Assembly: GCA_040954595.2 (NCBI GenBank)
Contig: CM082592.2
Location: 6,489,531 to 6,553,530, forward strand
DNA from: Balanoglossus misakiensis
Lineage: Eukaryota; Animalia; Hemichordata
DNA length: 64,000 nucleotides
Direction of reading: 5' to 3'
Under the pieces are notes generated by a model, which saw only the letters and a list, made by a program, of their open reading frames with translations, was not told the origin of the DNA and made no database searches. Positions 63,301-64,000 of the stretch are shown here, piece after piece (position 1 is the stretch's first letter; each line of letters begins with the position of its first letter). Position numbers and translations under genes: made by a program.

Positions 63301-64000
63301 GTTCACACCTTTTGCCTAATTTACATATCCAGTTAGACTATGAATACATATGTAGTTCAATGACCTAGTTTCCAAGTTGACTATCGCGCAGATGCACAGC
63401 TGATCCAGAAACTCCATCGGATTTTTGTTTTTGCCTCATATCTGAACACTGAACCCGTTTTGAAAGGCATAAACTTTGAATAGAATTATCATATTCTTTT
63501 TTCCCGGCTTATCGATTCTCACCGCGTGCGCTCTTTATTTTCCGTCTGTCGCGCGCATCGATTTCACTGTTGGGCAATCCGCGTCGATGTATTTTCCGCC
63601 GGTGATGGATCGTATCGATCGTCAATAGCTGGATGCGAGTTGGCGGAATTATCGGGAAAAAAAGACCCAACATGTGCTGGTGATCATGTCTCGATTGTAA
63701 TGACACAACTTTACCATGGACTGTAAAGGATCTAACCGTCATGTTGTATATTCAGCGGGCCCTGTACAGCGCACGCGCACTAACAACGACTCTCAGCATT
63801 CACTCTCGGCACCAGTTTAGCTTTTTAGAACAAGATGCTAAGTTACAGTGCCTCTTCAGCAGCGATCAATATCCGACGACATACTTTCGCTGTCCGCGCC
63901 GGTTTTTTTGTACGCAACAGATGTGAGCAAACGACCCTACTTATACGGCAGAACAATCAATTAAGAGATTGGAGCGGTTTTCTCTTTAGTGCATATAGTC

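Overview
Eukaryotic, intron-rich DNA from an animal, probably an invertebrate deuterostome (the species cannot be established from sequence alone). Gene order: tail of a PLP-dependent decarboxylase paralogue (+, 1-69); a secreted amidase-type PGRP with two N-terminal six-cysteine defensin-like repeats (-); two tandem 8-exon group II PLP decarboxylases (+), each followed tail-to-tail by a sulfotransferase-fold gene with an intronless CDS (the first a truncated pseudogene), plus a third sulfotransferase-fold gene; an aspartoacylase/aminoacylase-3 family gene (+); USP30 (-) head-to-head with MAPKAPK5 (+); about 20 kb of non-coding DNA with non-autonomous transposons; a RASL10-like GTPase (-); and more non-coding DNA. 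The main discovery is in the aspartoacylase gene. It has three tandem, homologous exon-2 variants that cannot be combined in frame and that differ at the substrate-binding residues. The two introns between them each hold a ~25-nt antisense element that is complementary to the same homologous coding stretch in two different alternative exons, which suggests exon selection by competing RNA pairing. Second, the decarboxylase + sulfotransferase + deacylase + PGRP neighbourhood looks like a candidate animal small-molecule or defence gene cluster.
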